Positions 37,695-49,297 of a stretch of 64,000 bases of DNA are shown here, piece after piece. The DNA comes from Octopus sinensis (lineage: Eukaryota), in contig NW_021836158.1 of the NCBI RefSeq assembly GCF_006345805.1, forward strand, positions 5,360 through 69,359. The letters run 5' to 3'. A program made the translations under genes and the position numbers. The notes under the pieces were generated by a model. It did not search any database. It was given only the letters and a program-made list of their open reading frames with translations, and was not told the DNA's origin. Position 1 is the stretch's first letter, and the number at the start of each line of letters is the position of its first letter.

Positions 37695-37890
37695 AGCACT
37701 TTTACCATCTCTTCTTCAAGCGGGAATCAACCCTAACACCTGGGAAACGGAAGCCACTGACCATCCATTCTGGCAAAGAGCAATTCATTTTGGTTGTTTC
37801 AATTTTAAGGAGAGGAGAAAGACTGAAGAAGAAGCAAAAAAAGGCAACTCCAGCCAAGATCGCCACCCACACTGCTCACTGGCTTAGGAA
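37695..37890 (+). mobile_element. RTE-BovB-like LINE C-terminal fragment
   Basis: LQAGINPNTWETEATDHPFWQRAIHFGCFNFKERRK. Confidence 0.7.
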
Positions 37891-38228
37891 TGAAGCTTGC
37901 TTGGGAGTGAGGCAAACCCAGGTCCAAAATTTGTTACAAATAATACCTTATTGTTTTTTTTTAAATTTTGTTCTTTGAGAAGTAACCTGACTTCAAGCTA
38001 CTTTTTACAGATAACTTTTTATACAGATATCTAAACCTGAGAAAAGTAAGTAGGGGTGTAAATTTTGATTTTGAAACCCCCCTGCACTTATTCACCCCCA
38101 CTTGCCTGGTCCAGGAATTGAAACTACAATCTTACAATCATGCGTGCAACAACCTAACCATTAAGCCACACATTTCCACCTTCTACCTGATAATGATATA
38201 TACATTATTATATATATACATACATGTG

Positions 38229-38271
<43 letters not shown>

Positions 38272-38275
<4 letters not shown>

Positions 38276-39694
38276 TTAAAAAATATAAGAGTGTATAAAA
38301 TATTTTTATACACAGAGAGGAAACCCTTGACAGGGCTCTGCACATGCTAAAAAGGCCAGTTAAAACCTAAACCAGGAAAAAAAGAATTCATGAGGCATGC
38401 TTTTATAACACTAGAATGAATAAAAAATAAATCAGTTAATCCCAAACTCGAGTTTCACTATTAATTGCTAAATAAACTAATTTGGAATCTGTAGATCATC
38501 AACGAAATCACTAATTAATGAATAATTATGTAGTTGCAAATATATACCAAAAAACACATGCGCAAGACAGCTACATCTTTATCCATTAAGGATTCAAATT
38601 TTTTTCATGGTTTGGGTTTTAACTGCCATTTTCAGCATATAAGGAGCTCTATCCAGAGTCTCCTCTCTGTGTATAAAAATATTTTATACACTTTTATATA
38701 CTTTGAAAATATGTTATGCATTATAACTTTTATTTATGCATGCTATCCACTAATAATAAATTATTTTAATTTACTACCCTCATATTTACGATAGTAATGT
38801 TTATAATTCTGAGTCTATAGAGGACACAGTTTTAAATTTGTTTATTTACTACTGGACTATATGTTTACACTCATGCACTGGATGGAAGCACTCCGTCGGT
38901 TACGACGATGAGGGTTCCGGTTGATCCGATCAACGGAACAGCCTGCTCATGAAATTAACGTGTAAGTGGCTGAGCACTCCACAGACACGTGTACCCTTAA
39001 CGTAGTTCTCGGGGATATTCAGTGTGACACAGAGAGTGACAAGGCCGGCCCCTTGAAATACAGGTACAACAGAAACAGGAAGTAAGAGTGAGAGAAAGTT
39101 GTGGTGAAAGAGTACAGCAGGAATCACCACCATCCCCTGCCGGAGACTCGTTGAGCTTTTAGGTGTTTTCGCTCAATAAACACTCACAACGCCCGGTCTG
39201 GGAATCGAAACCGCGATCCTACGACCGCGAGTCCGCTGCCCTAACCACTGGGCCATTACGCCTCCACACTCATGCACTAAGTTCAAATGCATAATGGATA
39301 AAGATGTAGCTGTCTTGCGCACATGTTTCCAGTATGTATCTACAACTACAAAATTATTCATTAATTAGCAATCCTGCTGATGATCTACAGATTCTGAATT
39401 GGTTTATTTGTTTATTAATAATGAAACTCGAGTTCAGCATCAGCTAATTCATTTTTTGTTCATTCTATTGTTATAACAGCATGCCTCATGTATTCTTTTG
39501 TTTCATGGTTTGGCGTTTTAACTGCCCTTTTTAGCATGTAAGGAGTCCTGTCAAGGGTCTTGTCTCTGTGTATAAAAATATCTTACACACTCTTGTATTT
39601 TTTAAAAATATGTTATGTCATGACTTTTATTTATGCATGTTAACCACAAGTAATAAATTATTTTAATTTATTACCCTCATATTTACGATAGTAT
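38272..39694. repeat. Inverted (38272-38588 / 39292-39612) plus direct (38606-38796 / 39502-39694) repeat cassette with outward-facing hammerhead-like motifs
   Basis: Shared blocks are visible on both strands. Motifs at 38439-38508 (-) and 39371-39440 (+), both with GAAACTCGAGTT. Confidence 0.75.
38880..39265 (-). mobile_element. SINE family C with 13-bp TSD
   Basis: ACACTCATGCACT at 38867-38879 and 39266-39278. Confidence 0.92.
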
Positions 39695-39710
39695 AAATAT
39701 ATATATATAT

Positions 39711-39741
<31 letters not shown>

Positions 39742-39781
39742 TAAATGTATTTGTATATATGTATATGTATATAAACATATA

Positions 39782-39832
<51 letters not shown>

Positions 39833-39950
39833 GTATGTATATCATATAAATATATACATGTATATGTGTATATATATATGCATATATATATGTGTGTGGA
39901 TGTGTGTATATATATATGTACATATGTATATATATATATGCACATATATG

Positions 39951-39989
<39 letters not shown>

Positions 39990-40011
39990 TATATATATAC
40001 ACATATACATA

Positions 40012-40849
40012 TACAGGGTGCAATGGGTAAATTGTCAGCATTTTATATTTTGAATTTTGCACATGCACAATGTTTTTGATTTTGTCAACTACACAGTATA
40101 GCAGGATTTGTTGGACACCATCTGTGAGAAAAGTAGGACCATGACACAATTCATTCTGCCAGAAATTTGGAAACGACATGCTGTATTGCTTGGCATTTGC
40201 ACCGGAAGCTCCAAGAGGACAAGTACCAAGTATGATAAAAATCAAACATCCAGTCAACATCATGATCTTTGGAGTGATCACTAGTGACGGTGATGCAATG
40301 CCTCCATTCATATTCCCACATGGCCCCACACTCAACTCGGCGGCCTACATCTAGTGCTTGAAGGAGGTAGTGCTGCCCTGGGTCAAGAGGGTGACTACTG
40401 GAAGACCCTGTGTCTGGCAACAAGGCTCTGCACCATCCCACACAAACAGGAGAACACAATCATGGCTGTCAGACAATTTCTGTGACCACATCACTCCTAA
40501 CATCTGGCCCCCTAACTGCTAAACTGCAACCCTGTTGATTATTATGTATGGGGTGCGGTTGAGTGAGGGACCAATAAAACTCTTGTAACGCTAAAAATGA
40601 ACTGAAGGCAAGGATTATGGCAGCATTCACCAACTTAAACTAGGAGACTTCGTAAAAGAGTTGCAGGAGATTCCAAAGTCGTCTTGAGATTGTGGTTCAT
40701 GCCAATGGCGATTTTATTGCCTAAATTTACTCTTTAGTATTTCAAGATATTTCTATGTAATTTTGGTAAATATATCTGTTAAAATGAGATGTCAGTGTTA
40801 TTTTCATTTCTGCGAAATCTAGATGACAGCTTATTCCTCGAACGATGTA
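40012..40849 (+). pseudogene. Internally deleted maT/DD37D-like Tc1-mariner element
   Basis: KHPVNIMIFGVITSDGDAMPPFIF..WQQGSAPSHT..WPPN..NPVDYYVWG. Ends TA-CAGGGTG.. and ..CGATG-TA form degenerate TIRs. Confidence 0.8.
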
Positions 40850-40863
40850 TATATAAATATATA

Positions 40864-40901
<38 letters not shown>

Positions 40902-41006
40902 TGCTCGAATTATATTTGGTCCTTTTATTCTGGAGAGTTCCAAAAACGATTTCTAATAAAGATTCTTCATATTTTGCTAGTAGCTTACTGGCATAAGTTT
41001 GGGAAT

Positions 41007-41414
41007 ACTCTTTTACTTGTCTCAGTCATTTAACTGTGGCCATGCTGGAGCACCACCTTTAGTTCATCAAGCAAATCGACCCCAGGACTTATTCTTTGTA
41101 AGCCTAGTACTTATTGTATCAGTCTCTTTTGCCGAACTTCTAAGTTACGGGGATGTAAACACACCAGCATCGGTTGTCAAGTGATGTTGGGGGGACAAAC
41201 ACAGACACACAAACATATACACACACACTTACATATATATACATATATACGACGGGCTTCTTTTAGTTTCCGTCTACCAAATCCACTCACAAGGCTTTGG
41301 TTGGCCTGAGGCTATAGTAGAAGACACTTGCCCAAGGTGCCACGCTGTGGGACTGAACCTAGAGCCATGTGGTTTGTAAGCAAGCTACTTACCACACAGC
41401 CATTCCTATGCCTT
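41007..41414 (-). mobile_element. SINE family A, full length
   Basis: Reverse complement of the family consensus seen at 2382-2768. Confidence 0.9.
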
Positions 41415-41924
41415 CTTACCATACAGCCACTCCTATGGAATATGAAAATAATACTTGAAAATAATAATATGGCGTGTTATGTGAATTTATGGAAAGGTGT
41501 TCCATAGAACTCCACAAATTTATTAAAAATGGAGAAGAGAAGGTGTTAAAATTTGAAAGAATTTTAATACATGCATATGCTCATTTCAAACAGTGATATT
41601 AAAACATGCAAATTCATGGTAGAATAATTAAATTAATTTGATTAAATTAAATTAATTAGCTATCACTGTTCTCTTCAGTGAAGGAAGTATAAACAGAAAA
41701 TTATTATTACAGAAGACTTGCGACAGGAAATAGCAGAGAATAATTTCGGATATACATATCTATCCTTACTTCCCAACCACATGGTTCCAAGTTCAGTCTC
41801 ACACTGCGGCACCTTGGGTAAGTGTCTTTTACTATAGCCTCAGGCCAACCAAAGCTTTGTGAGTGGATTTAGTAGACGGAAACTGAAAGAAGTCCATCAT
41901 ATATATATATATATATATATATTA

Positions 41925-42470
41925 GAGATAAAACCACCACTAGGCAAATCAAACAGTGAAAATCATAAACCAATACATAGAAATAAAATGAATTAATAAA
42001 AAATATATAAAATATAAAATTCAAAATGAAAATATTTAAATTAAAGTTCAAATTTAAAAAATTATTTAAATTAATAATTTAAACTTATAAATTTTTAAAT
42101 ATATATATATATATTGTTATTATTTTATTTATTTATTTATTTATTTTTTATTTTATAACAATCAAAAAGTATTAAAAGTTTAATATAAGATAAAGAGTAA
42201 AACCACTACGATTGTTTCATGCCCGTAACCAATTCGAATAACAATAACTTAAATAATAACTCTAACTGGTTTTCATTGCAATGCAAATTTTCAAGATTTG
42301 AAAGGTGAAAAGAATTTTTGTAAATTGAGGAAAGGGAAAAAAGAAATTTACAATGTTTTTTTCAAAAAAATAATAATAAACATATACAAAAATTAAAAAA
42401 TAAGTATACTGATACATTGTAGAGTCTTTATGTTTTTGGGGTTCAATAATAGTCCTTGGAAGAATTTCTT
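41925..42470 (-). mobile_element. AT-rich Penelope-like terminal repeat; inverted, near-identical copy of the 430-bp monomer at 46052-46500
   Basis: 41988-42433 differs from the reverse complement of 46052-46500 mainly by short homopolymer indels. It ends in (TA)n and has a hammerhead-like motif at 42258-42299 (-). Confidence 0.75.
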
Positions 42471-43439
42471 TGGGGGATTAAGATCCTTGTGATTAAACGT
42501 GGTGCTTAGTTTAAGGTGTTATATATATATAAATATATCATGGGCTTCTTTTAGTTTCTGTCCACCAAATCCACTCAAGGCTTTGATCAGCCCATGGCTA
42601 TAGAAGAAGACTACTTGCCCAAGATGCCACACAATGAGACTGAACCCAGAACCATGTGGTTGGGAAGCAAACTGCTTACCACACAACCATATATTTATTG
42701 AAGCATATATTTAAGGACAAAATATAAAGATGGCAACCATAATTATGGTGCTGATGGTGTTGCTGTTGTTGTTGTTACTATTGTTGTTGTTTAAACTTAG
42801 ATCGACCCCTATCAAAAGCATTCAAGTTGTAACCCCATTCATCTTTTGTAGTGATTTGTAGAATTATGTCATGTAATGGTTCTTGGTCTCAAAGTACTCT
42901 TTGAAGGGGATTTTGGCTGCTATGTCCAGCAGCTCAAGCAAATGCAAAGGGTCTCCCTGCTGGTTAGTTCCTTCATATTGTTCCAACAAACGGTGTTGTT
43001 TGTCATTATGATGATGATGATGGTAATGGTTATGATGCTGCTGAAGATATTGATATTAGTACAGAAGTTTGTAAACAACACGAATTAGAAGGAAATATTA
43101 GAAGTAGACTGAGAAAGGATGAACATCAAATCTGAGTAAGGGGAGGAGGAAATAAAAACAAGGAAGAGCAGAGAGGGGCAGAGAGAAACACAGAGAAAGG
43201 GGGAGTGGCAATCGTAAGAGAGAGGGAGAGAAAAATATAGAAAGAGGACAGTATAAGAAGGAACAAGAAGCATGGAGTGGGAAGGAGAGAGAGGAAGAGG
43301 AGTGAGAAGTAGAAGCAAAATTCACCATCGTCATTATCATCGTCATCGTCATTCTTTAACGTGTTTTCGATGCTGGCACAAAAGTGTGAAGTTTAAAGTG
43401 TGAGGGGGAAAGTATGAGAAAGACAAACAAAGATTTCAG

Positions 43440-43739
43440 GTGAGAAGGAAGAAAAAGAGGAAGAGAGGAAAGGCAGAGAAGGGATATGGGGAGGAAGGAA
43501 AGGTGGTGGAAGAAGAAGTAGTAGTAGAAGAAGAAGAAGAAGAAGAAGAAGGAGAGGAGGAGGAAGAAGAAGAAGAAGAAGAAGAAGACGAAGAAGAAGG
43601 AGGAGGAGGAGGAGGAGGAGCAGCAGCAGCAGCAGCAGGAGGAGCAGGAGGAGAAGAAGAGGAAAAAGAAGAAGAAGAAGAGGAGGAGGAGGAAGAAGAA
43701 GAAGAAGAAGAAGACGAAGAAGAAGAAGAAGAAGAAGAA

Positions 43740-43771
<32 letters not shown>

Positions 43772-43883
43772 ATGAAAATTAAAGAAAGCAAGAGAAAAGA
43801 AGTGTATGAAAGAAAGAGAGGGCGAGAGAGATAAAAGGAGAATGTCAGAGAGACAAAGAGAAAAGAAGAACGTCAAAGAGAGA

Positions 43884-43914
<31 letters not shown>

Positions 43915-44065
43915 CATTCAAAACTGATTCAATAGTAAACAGAAAATAGAAGAAAAGCAAAAAAAAAAATAACTGTAAAAATAGATAAAAGCTAAATGAG
44001 ACAGAGACAGAGTAAGAGAGAAAGAGAGATATTGCAAAAAAGAGTGTGACAAAGATACAGATTAA

Positions 44066-44107
<42 letters not shown>

Positions 44108-44170
44108 GAGAGAGGGGTGTATATATAGAGAGATATATAAATAGGTAGAAGGAAAGAAGGAGAGAGAGAT
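43440..44170. repeat. (GAA)n/(GAG)n/(GCA)n/(GA)n purine-rich microsatellite
   Basis: Directly visible. Confidence 0.95.
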
Positions 44171-44224
44171 GAAAAGATAGTAAGATGGTAAGGGGGGGGT
44201 TAGTTCAGCCTCCATCATCACCAC

Positions 44225-44385
44225 TCCATCATTGTGAAATACCCATCTGGCCTTGGAGATTTCCCAGCATTTAAGTCTTTGAATTTCTTCCGGATATTTC
44301 CTTTTGTGATTTTCAGGTCAGTGGGCTTGTGTTCGATGTTCCACTTTCATGGGTCTGGCAGGTTTCCAGGTATCTCTATAGTGTG
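44225..44385 (-). mobile_element. CR1-clade RT N-terminal fragment
   Basis: LKITKGNIRKKFKDLNAGKSPRPDG resembles the K-L--L---KSPGPDG motif upstream of the RT domain. Confidence 0.65.
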
Positions 44386-45052
44386 CGTAGACACACACAC
44401 ACACATACACACACACACACACATGCATGCATGCACATACACACACACACACTCACAGACACACAGACATAGGAGAAATAGTTCAGAGTTCTACCTCTGT
44501 CAAAATCAGCTGCAGTGTTTACATACAAGTTTGTTTAATGGAGGCATTGAGTTCTTGCAGTTTTTGAAGTTTGGATAAGGATAAAAACACAGGCGTGTTT
44601 CGGTCAGAGATTTGTGAGAAGTTACCTGTCAGTGATATTAGTCTTGTGAGAAGAAAACTTGTCAATATGATTGGTCTGAATTGAACCCATCAAAATATTT
44701 ACCAAGCAGAACAGCTACAGAGTGATAGTAGATGTACGAACTAGCACCAGGTAGAAAAGCCATAGTGAAGCAGAAGATATATAGACCAGTACAAGGCAGA
44801 AGCACTGCCATGTAGTATGTGTGTGTGTGTGTATGTGTGCTTTTCTTTTACTTGTCTCAGTCATTTAACTGCGGCCATGCTGGAGCATTGCCTTTAGTTG
44901 AACAAATCGACCCCCAGGATTTGTTCTTTGTAAGCCTAGTACTTACTCTATCACTCTCTTTTGCTGAGCCACTAAGTTACAAGGATATAAACACACAAAC
45001 ATTGGTTGTCAAGCGATTGTGGAGGGACAAACACAGACACACTAAAAGATAC

Positions 45053-45083
<31 letters not shown>

Positions 45084-45448
45084 ATAATTATATGAGGGAA
45101 TATTAATCCTAACTATATATATATATATATATGTCATGAAGTATATTTGCCACTTAAATTAATTATTTTATTATTCTAGTTTATTTTTAACCTGATAAGT
45201 GGCTGTATTTATATCGAAGTGATTTTACTACTACTATTAATTTTTATACTATAATCATTTCTTAAATATAGCCTCAAAACACATGTCGTTATTCTACCAA
45301 TTATATACGTTTTTATTATTTTTTTGCAATTTACTTAATCATCGGTATATTATTGTTGTTTTAATTTTAATATTTCTATTATATGTAATTTTCTAGATAG
45401 TGTAATTTAATTGTTCATTTTGAATTGATAGAAGGTGGTTATTTTCTA

Positions 45449-45527
<79 letters not shown>

Positions 45528-45571
45528 CAATAATAAATCTCTGAGTGAGATATAAACAGTAGCTGCACGAC

Positions 45572-46049
45572 ATCGTGAAGTATATTTGCCACTTGAATGT
45601 GGCTAACCCTTAAGGGTGGATGCTACTGTAGCCTGTAGCTCCAGGAAGACACCTCCTCCAGCTGGCTATTGACTCACTTTCTGTACCCTATCAGTATTTG
45701 CAAAGGGAAGCCATCCTTTCCATCTCCAACCTGACGTGATACACACGAACCTGAGTTTCAGGGTATTGGCTCGTCATCAGCGAGTGACAATCACCGGTTG
45801 TTGATGTGAAGTGGTTTTTAATGCAAATATATACATCCTTTTTGATGACAGGTCAATACCCAGAAACTCGGGTCCATTTGTATTACGTCAGGTTGGAGAT
45901 GGAAATAATGGCTTCCCTTTGCAAATAGTGATAGGGCACAGAAAGTGTGTCAATATCCAGCTTGAGAATAGTCTTCCTGGGGCTAAAAGCTACAGTAGCA
46001 TCTACACTTAAGGGTTAGCTACATCTAAGTGGCAAATATACTTCACAAT
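45572..46049. repeat. Long inverted repeat (~208-bp arms, ~60-bp spacer) with hammerhead-like motifs at the inner ends
   Basis: GTGAAGTATATTTGCCACTT..GGGTATTG..TCATCA vs its reverse complement at 45842-46049. Motifs at 45742-45786 (-) and 45836-45880 (+). Confidence 0.85.
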
Positions 46050-46067
46050 ATACATAAAGACTCTACA

Positions 46068-47100
46068 ATGTATCAGTATACTTATTTTTTAATTTTTGTA
46101 TATGTTTATTATTATTTTTTTGAAAAAAACATTGTAAATTTCTTTTTTCCCTTTCCTCAATTTACAAAAATTTCTTTTCACCTTTCAAATCTTGAAAATT
46201 TGCATTGCAATGAAAACCAGTTAGAGTTATTATTTTTAAGTTATTGTTATTCGAATTGGTTACGGGCATGAAACAATCGTAGTGGTTTTACTCTTTATCT
46301 TATATTAAACTTTTAATACTTTTTGATTGTTATAAAATAAAAAATAAATAAATAAATAAATAAAATAATAACAATATATATATATATATTTAAAAATTTA
46401 TAAGTTTAAATTATTAATTTAAATAATTTTTTAAATTTGAACTTTAATTTAAATATTTTCATTTTGAATTTTATATTTTATATATTTTTTATTAATTCAT
46501 GTATCAGTATACTTATTTTTTAATTTTTGTATATGTTTATTATTATTTTTTTGAAAAAAACATTGTAAATTTCTTTTTTCCCTTTCCTCAATTTACAAAA
46601 ATTTCTTTTCACCTTTCAAATCTTGAAAATTTGCATTGCAATGAAAACCAGTTAGAGTTATTATTTTTAAGTTATTGTTATTCGAATTGGTTACGGGCAT
46701 GAAACAATCGTAGTGGTTTTACTCTTTATCTTATATTAAACTTTTAATACTTTTTGATTGTTATAAAATAAAAAATAAATAAATAAATAAATAAAATAAT
46801 AACAATATATATATATATATTTAAAAATTTATAAGTTTAAATTATTAATTTAAATAATTTTTTAAATTTGAACTTTAATTAAATATTTTCATTTTGAATT
46901 TTATATTTTATATATTTTTTATTAATTCATGTATCAGTATACTTATTTTTTAATTTTTGTATATGTTTATTATTATTTTTTTGAAAAAAACATTGTAAAT
47001 TTCTTTTTTCCCTTTCCTCAATTTACAAAAATTTCTTTTCACCTTTCAAATCTTGAAAATTTGCATTGCAATGAAAACCAGTTAGAGTTATTATTTTTAA
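46068..47100 (+). repeat. Tandem array of near-identical 430/431-bp monomers (2.4 copies), one hammerhead-like motif per monomer
   Basis: ATGTATCAGTATAC at 46068, 46499 and 46929. Motif at 46187-46228, 46618-46659 and 47048-47089. Confidence 0.9.
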
Positions 47101-47252
47101 AATTTTTCATACACCCATTTTTATTAAAATTTACCTTCAATTTAGCATTTTGCCATTTTATAATTTTCCTCTCCTATATATGTGACCTCGTGAGTACTGC
47201 CAGCGATTTTTTTTCCTCTGTCTTCCCTTCTCGGGATCTTTCCTTCTCCTAT

Positions 47253-47287
47253 GTTTCCGACGAAGAGCTCCGCTCGAAACATTAAAC
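47253..47287 (+). ncRNA. Hammerhead-like motif, same family as 17756-17790, core variant CCGACGA
   Basis: GTTT-CCGACGA-A-GAGC(TCC)GCTC-GAAA-CA-TT-AAAC within a ~47190-47390 repeat that ends in (TA)n. Confidence 0.5.
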
Positions 47288-47429
47288 CCTCCTCCTTCCC
47301 TTCTTTCCTGAGCGTCCAATAATACTTTATTTGTTCCACATCCTCGCGTTGCTGTGTTTTTTTTGTGTTTTCTTGTTTGGATTAACTTTATATATATATA
47401 TATATATATATACTTGTTTGGATTAACTT

Positions 47430-47469
<40 letters not shown>

Positions 47470-47614
47470 CCTTTGTGTCTGTGTTTCTTCCCGCTTCTAC
47501 TTGCTTGTCAACCAGTATTGGTGTGTTTACATCCCCATAACTTAGTTGAAGATCGATTCATTTGACTAAGAGTGGGGAGAAACACAGACACAAAGGCACA
47601 CACATACTGATGAT

Positions 47615-48548
47615 TTGGGTTGTCTGGAAAGTTCGTGCCAATTTATAGTAGCTTATCTTTCAACTTATTTTAGAACATGGTTGAGTCCATAAAATAGGAT
47701 TTGACTACACCTCCATTTAGAACATAGTTTAAGCTATCTTTTCGTGGAAGAAGGTTTATGTTCCTATAACCTGTGGTAATTCTGTAACCCTTTAAAATGG
47801 AAGATAAGAAAGTTCATTTTCAGCACTTGATGCTTTTCTTTTTCCATAAACCAAAGAAATATGTGCAGTTTATGGTGATGTTTCTTTATCCGAAAGAACA
47901 TTATGGAAGTGGTTCGCATGGTTCCGAGCTGGATATTGTAGCCTTATTGATAAAGAGTGATCAGGCAGACCAACCACTACAGATGAGCAAATCAAGTCAT
48001 TAATTGAGAATAACCCACATTGCACAACCTGAGAATTGGCAGAAAGCCTCAACCTATCAAAATCCGTCGTTCATGAGCACCTGGTAAAGCTTGGGTACAC
48101 AAATCGCTATGATGTTTGGGTACCACATGAGTTGAGTGAGAAGAACCTTTTGGATCACATTTCCATCTGTGATTCACTTTATAAATGAAATGAAAATGCA
48201 CCTTTTTTAAAGCAAACAGGTGATGAGAAATGGATTATCTACTGAAATGTTCAGAGAAAGCGATCCTGGAGTAAGCGACAGGAGCCACCCTTAGCCACTC
48301 CAAAAGCGAGTCTTCACCCACCCAAAAAAAGTTTTGCTTTGTGTCTGGTGGGATTGGGAAGGAATTCTGCACTATGAGCTTCTCCCAAGTAACCAGACAA
48401 TTAATTCTGAGAAATACTGCACACAACTGGACGAGTTAAAAGCAGCAATTCAAGAGAAACGTCCAGAATTGGCCAACAGGAAGGGTGTTGTTTTCCAACA
48501 TGATAATGTAAGACCGCATTATCATTTCTTTGGGAACCAGACAAAAAA
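47615..48548 (+). pseudogene. Decayed, 3'-truncated mariner (DD34D-type) transposase
   Basis: MEDKKVHFQHLMLF..SGRP..VWVPHEL..TGDEKWI..LCVWWDWEGILHYELL..VFQHDNVRPH. 5' TIR-like TTGGGTTGTCTGGAAAGTTCGTGCC. Confidence 0.92.
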
Positions 48549-49297
48549 CAAATAAAAGATAAACGATATATATGCGTGTATGTGTGTCTGTGTGTGTCTG
48601 AGTGTGTACGTATGCAAGTGAATTTGCTTGTGTGTGTGTGTGTGTGTGTGTGTGAGTATGTATCAGTTTGTGTTTGAATGTGTCGATTTATCTGTCCATT
48701 AACTGGTGGAGAAGCCATGTTATCTATTTAAAAACACAGAGAAACTGTTAAATTTACTTTCTATTTATTTCTGGAGGTGACAAAATTTTTATCACATAAC
48801 TGTGACCTGGTCACTGACAGAATTCCACTGCAACTGTTTCAAAACTTAGTTAATAGCCAGTTTTATTGGACTTGGGTTATTTTTTCTTGTTGAATTTAAC
48901 AGTCATCTTTTATAGTCACGTTGATTGACTTTAACCTCATGACATCAGTCATTGATTGATAATCATTAGTCACTTTTAGGTTTCATTCTTTTATCTGTTT
49001 ACAATGTTAGTATATATCACTGTCAACATCCCAACCCTTTTCTTCTTTCTTCTTCTTTTTCTTCTCCAACGTTTTCAATTTGTGCATCTGCTGTTTGCTA
49101 TATATATAAACATAAGATATTTTAGTATATATCTCTTTCATGATATATGTCTACAAGCATAAAAAATGTCCATTAAATTTTATTTTAAAAGTGTTTTTAA
49201 AAAGAAGCAATTTTGTTACAATTATATGTTCCTGTCTATATAAACTTATAATTGTACGCATGCATTACATATATATACATATATAAATATATATATA

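Noticed and set aside
43436-44224. Poly-Glu / poly-Ser / poly-Leu ORFs
   Set aside because: Translations of a GAA/GAG microsatellite, with no flanking domain or splice support.
46240-46285. Second hammerhead-like string in the 430-bp monomer (..GGGCATGAAACAATCGTAGT)
   Set aside because: No CUGANGA-like strand and no helix I.
47601-47640. CTGATGA...GAAA hammerhead-like spacing
   Set aside because: Formed by chance at the junction with the mariner TIR. Helices II and III do not pair. It shows that core matches alone are not evidence.
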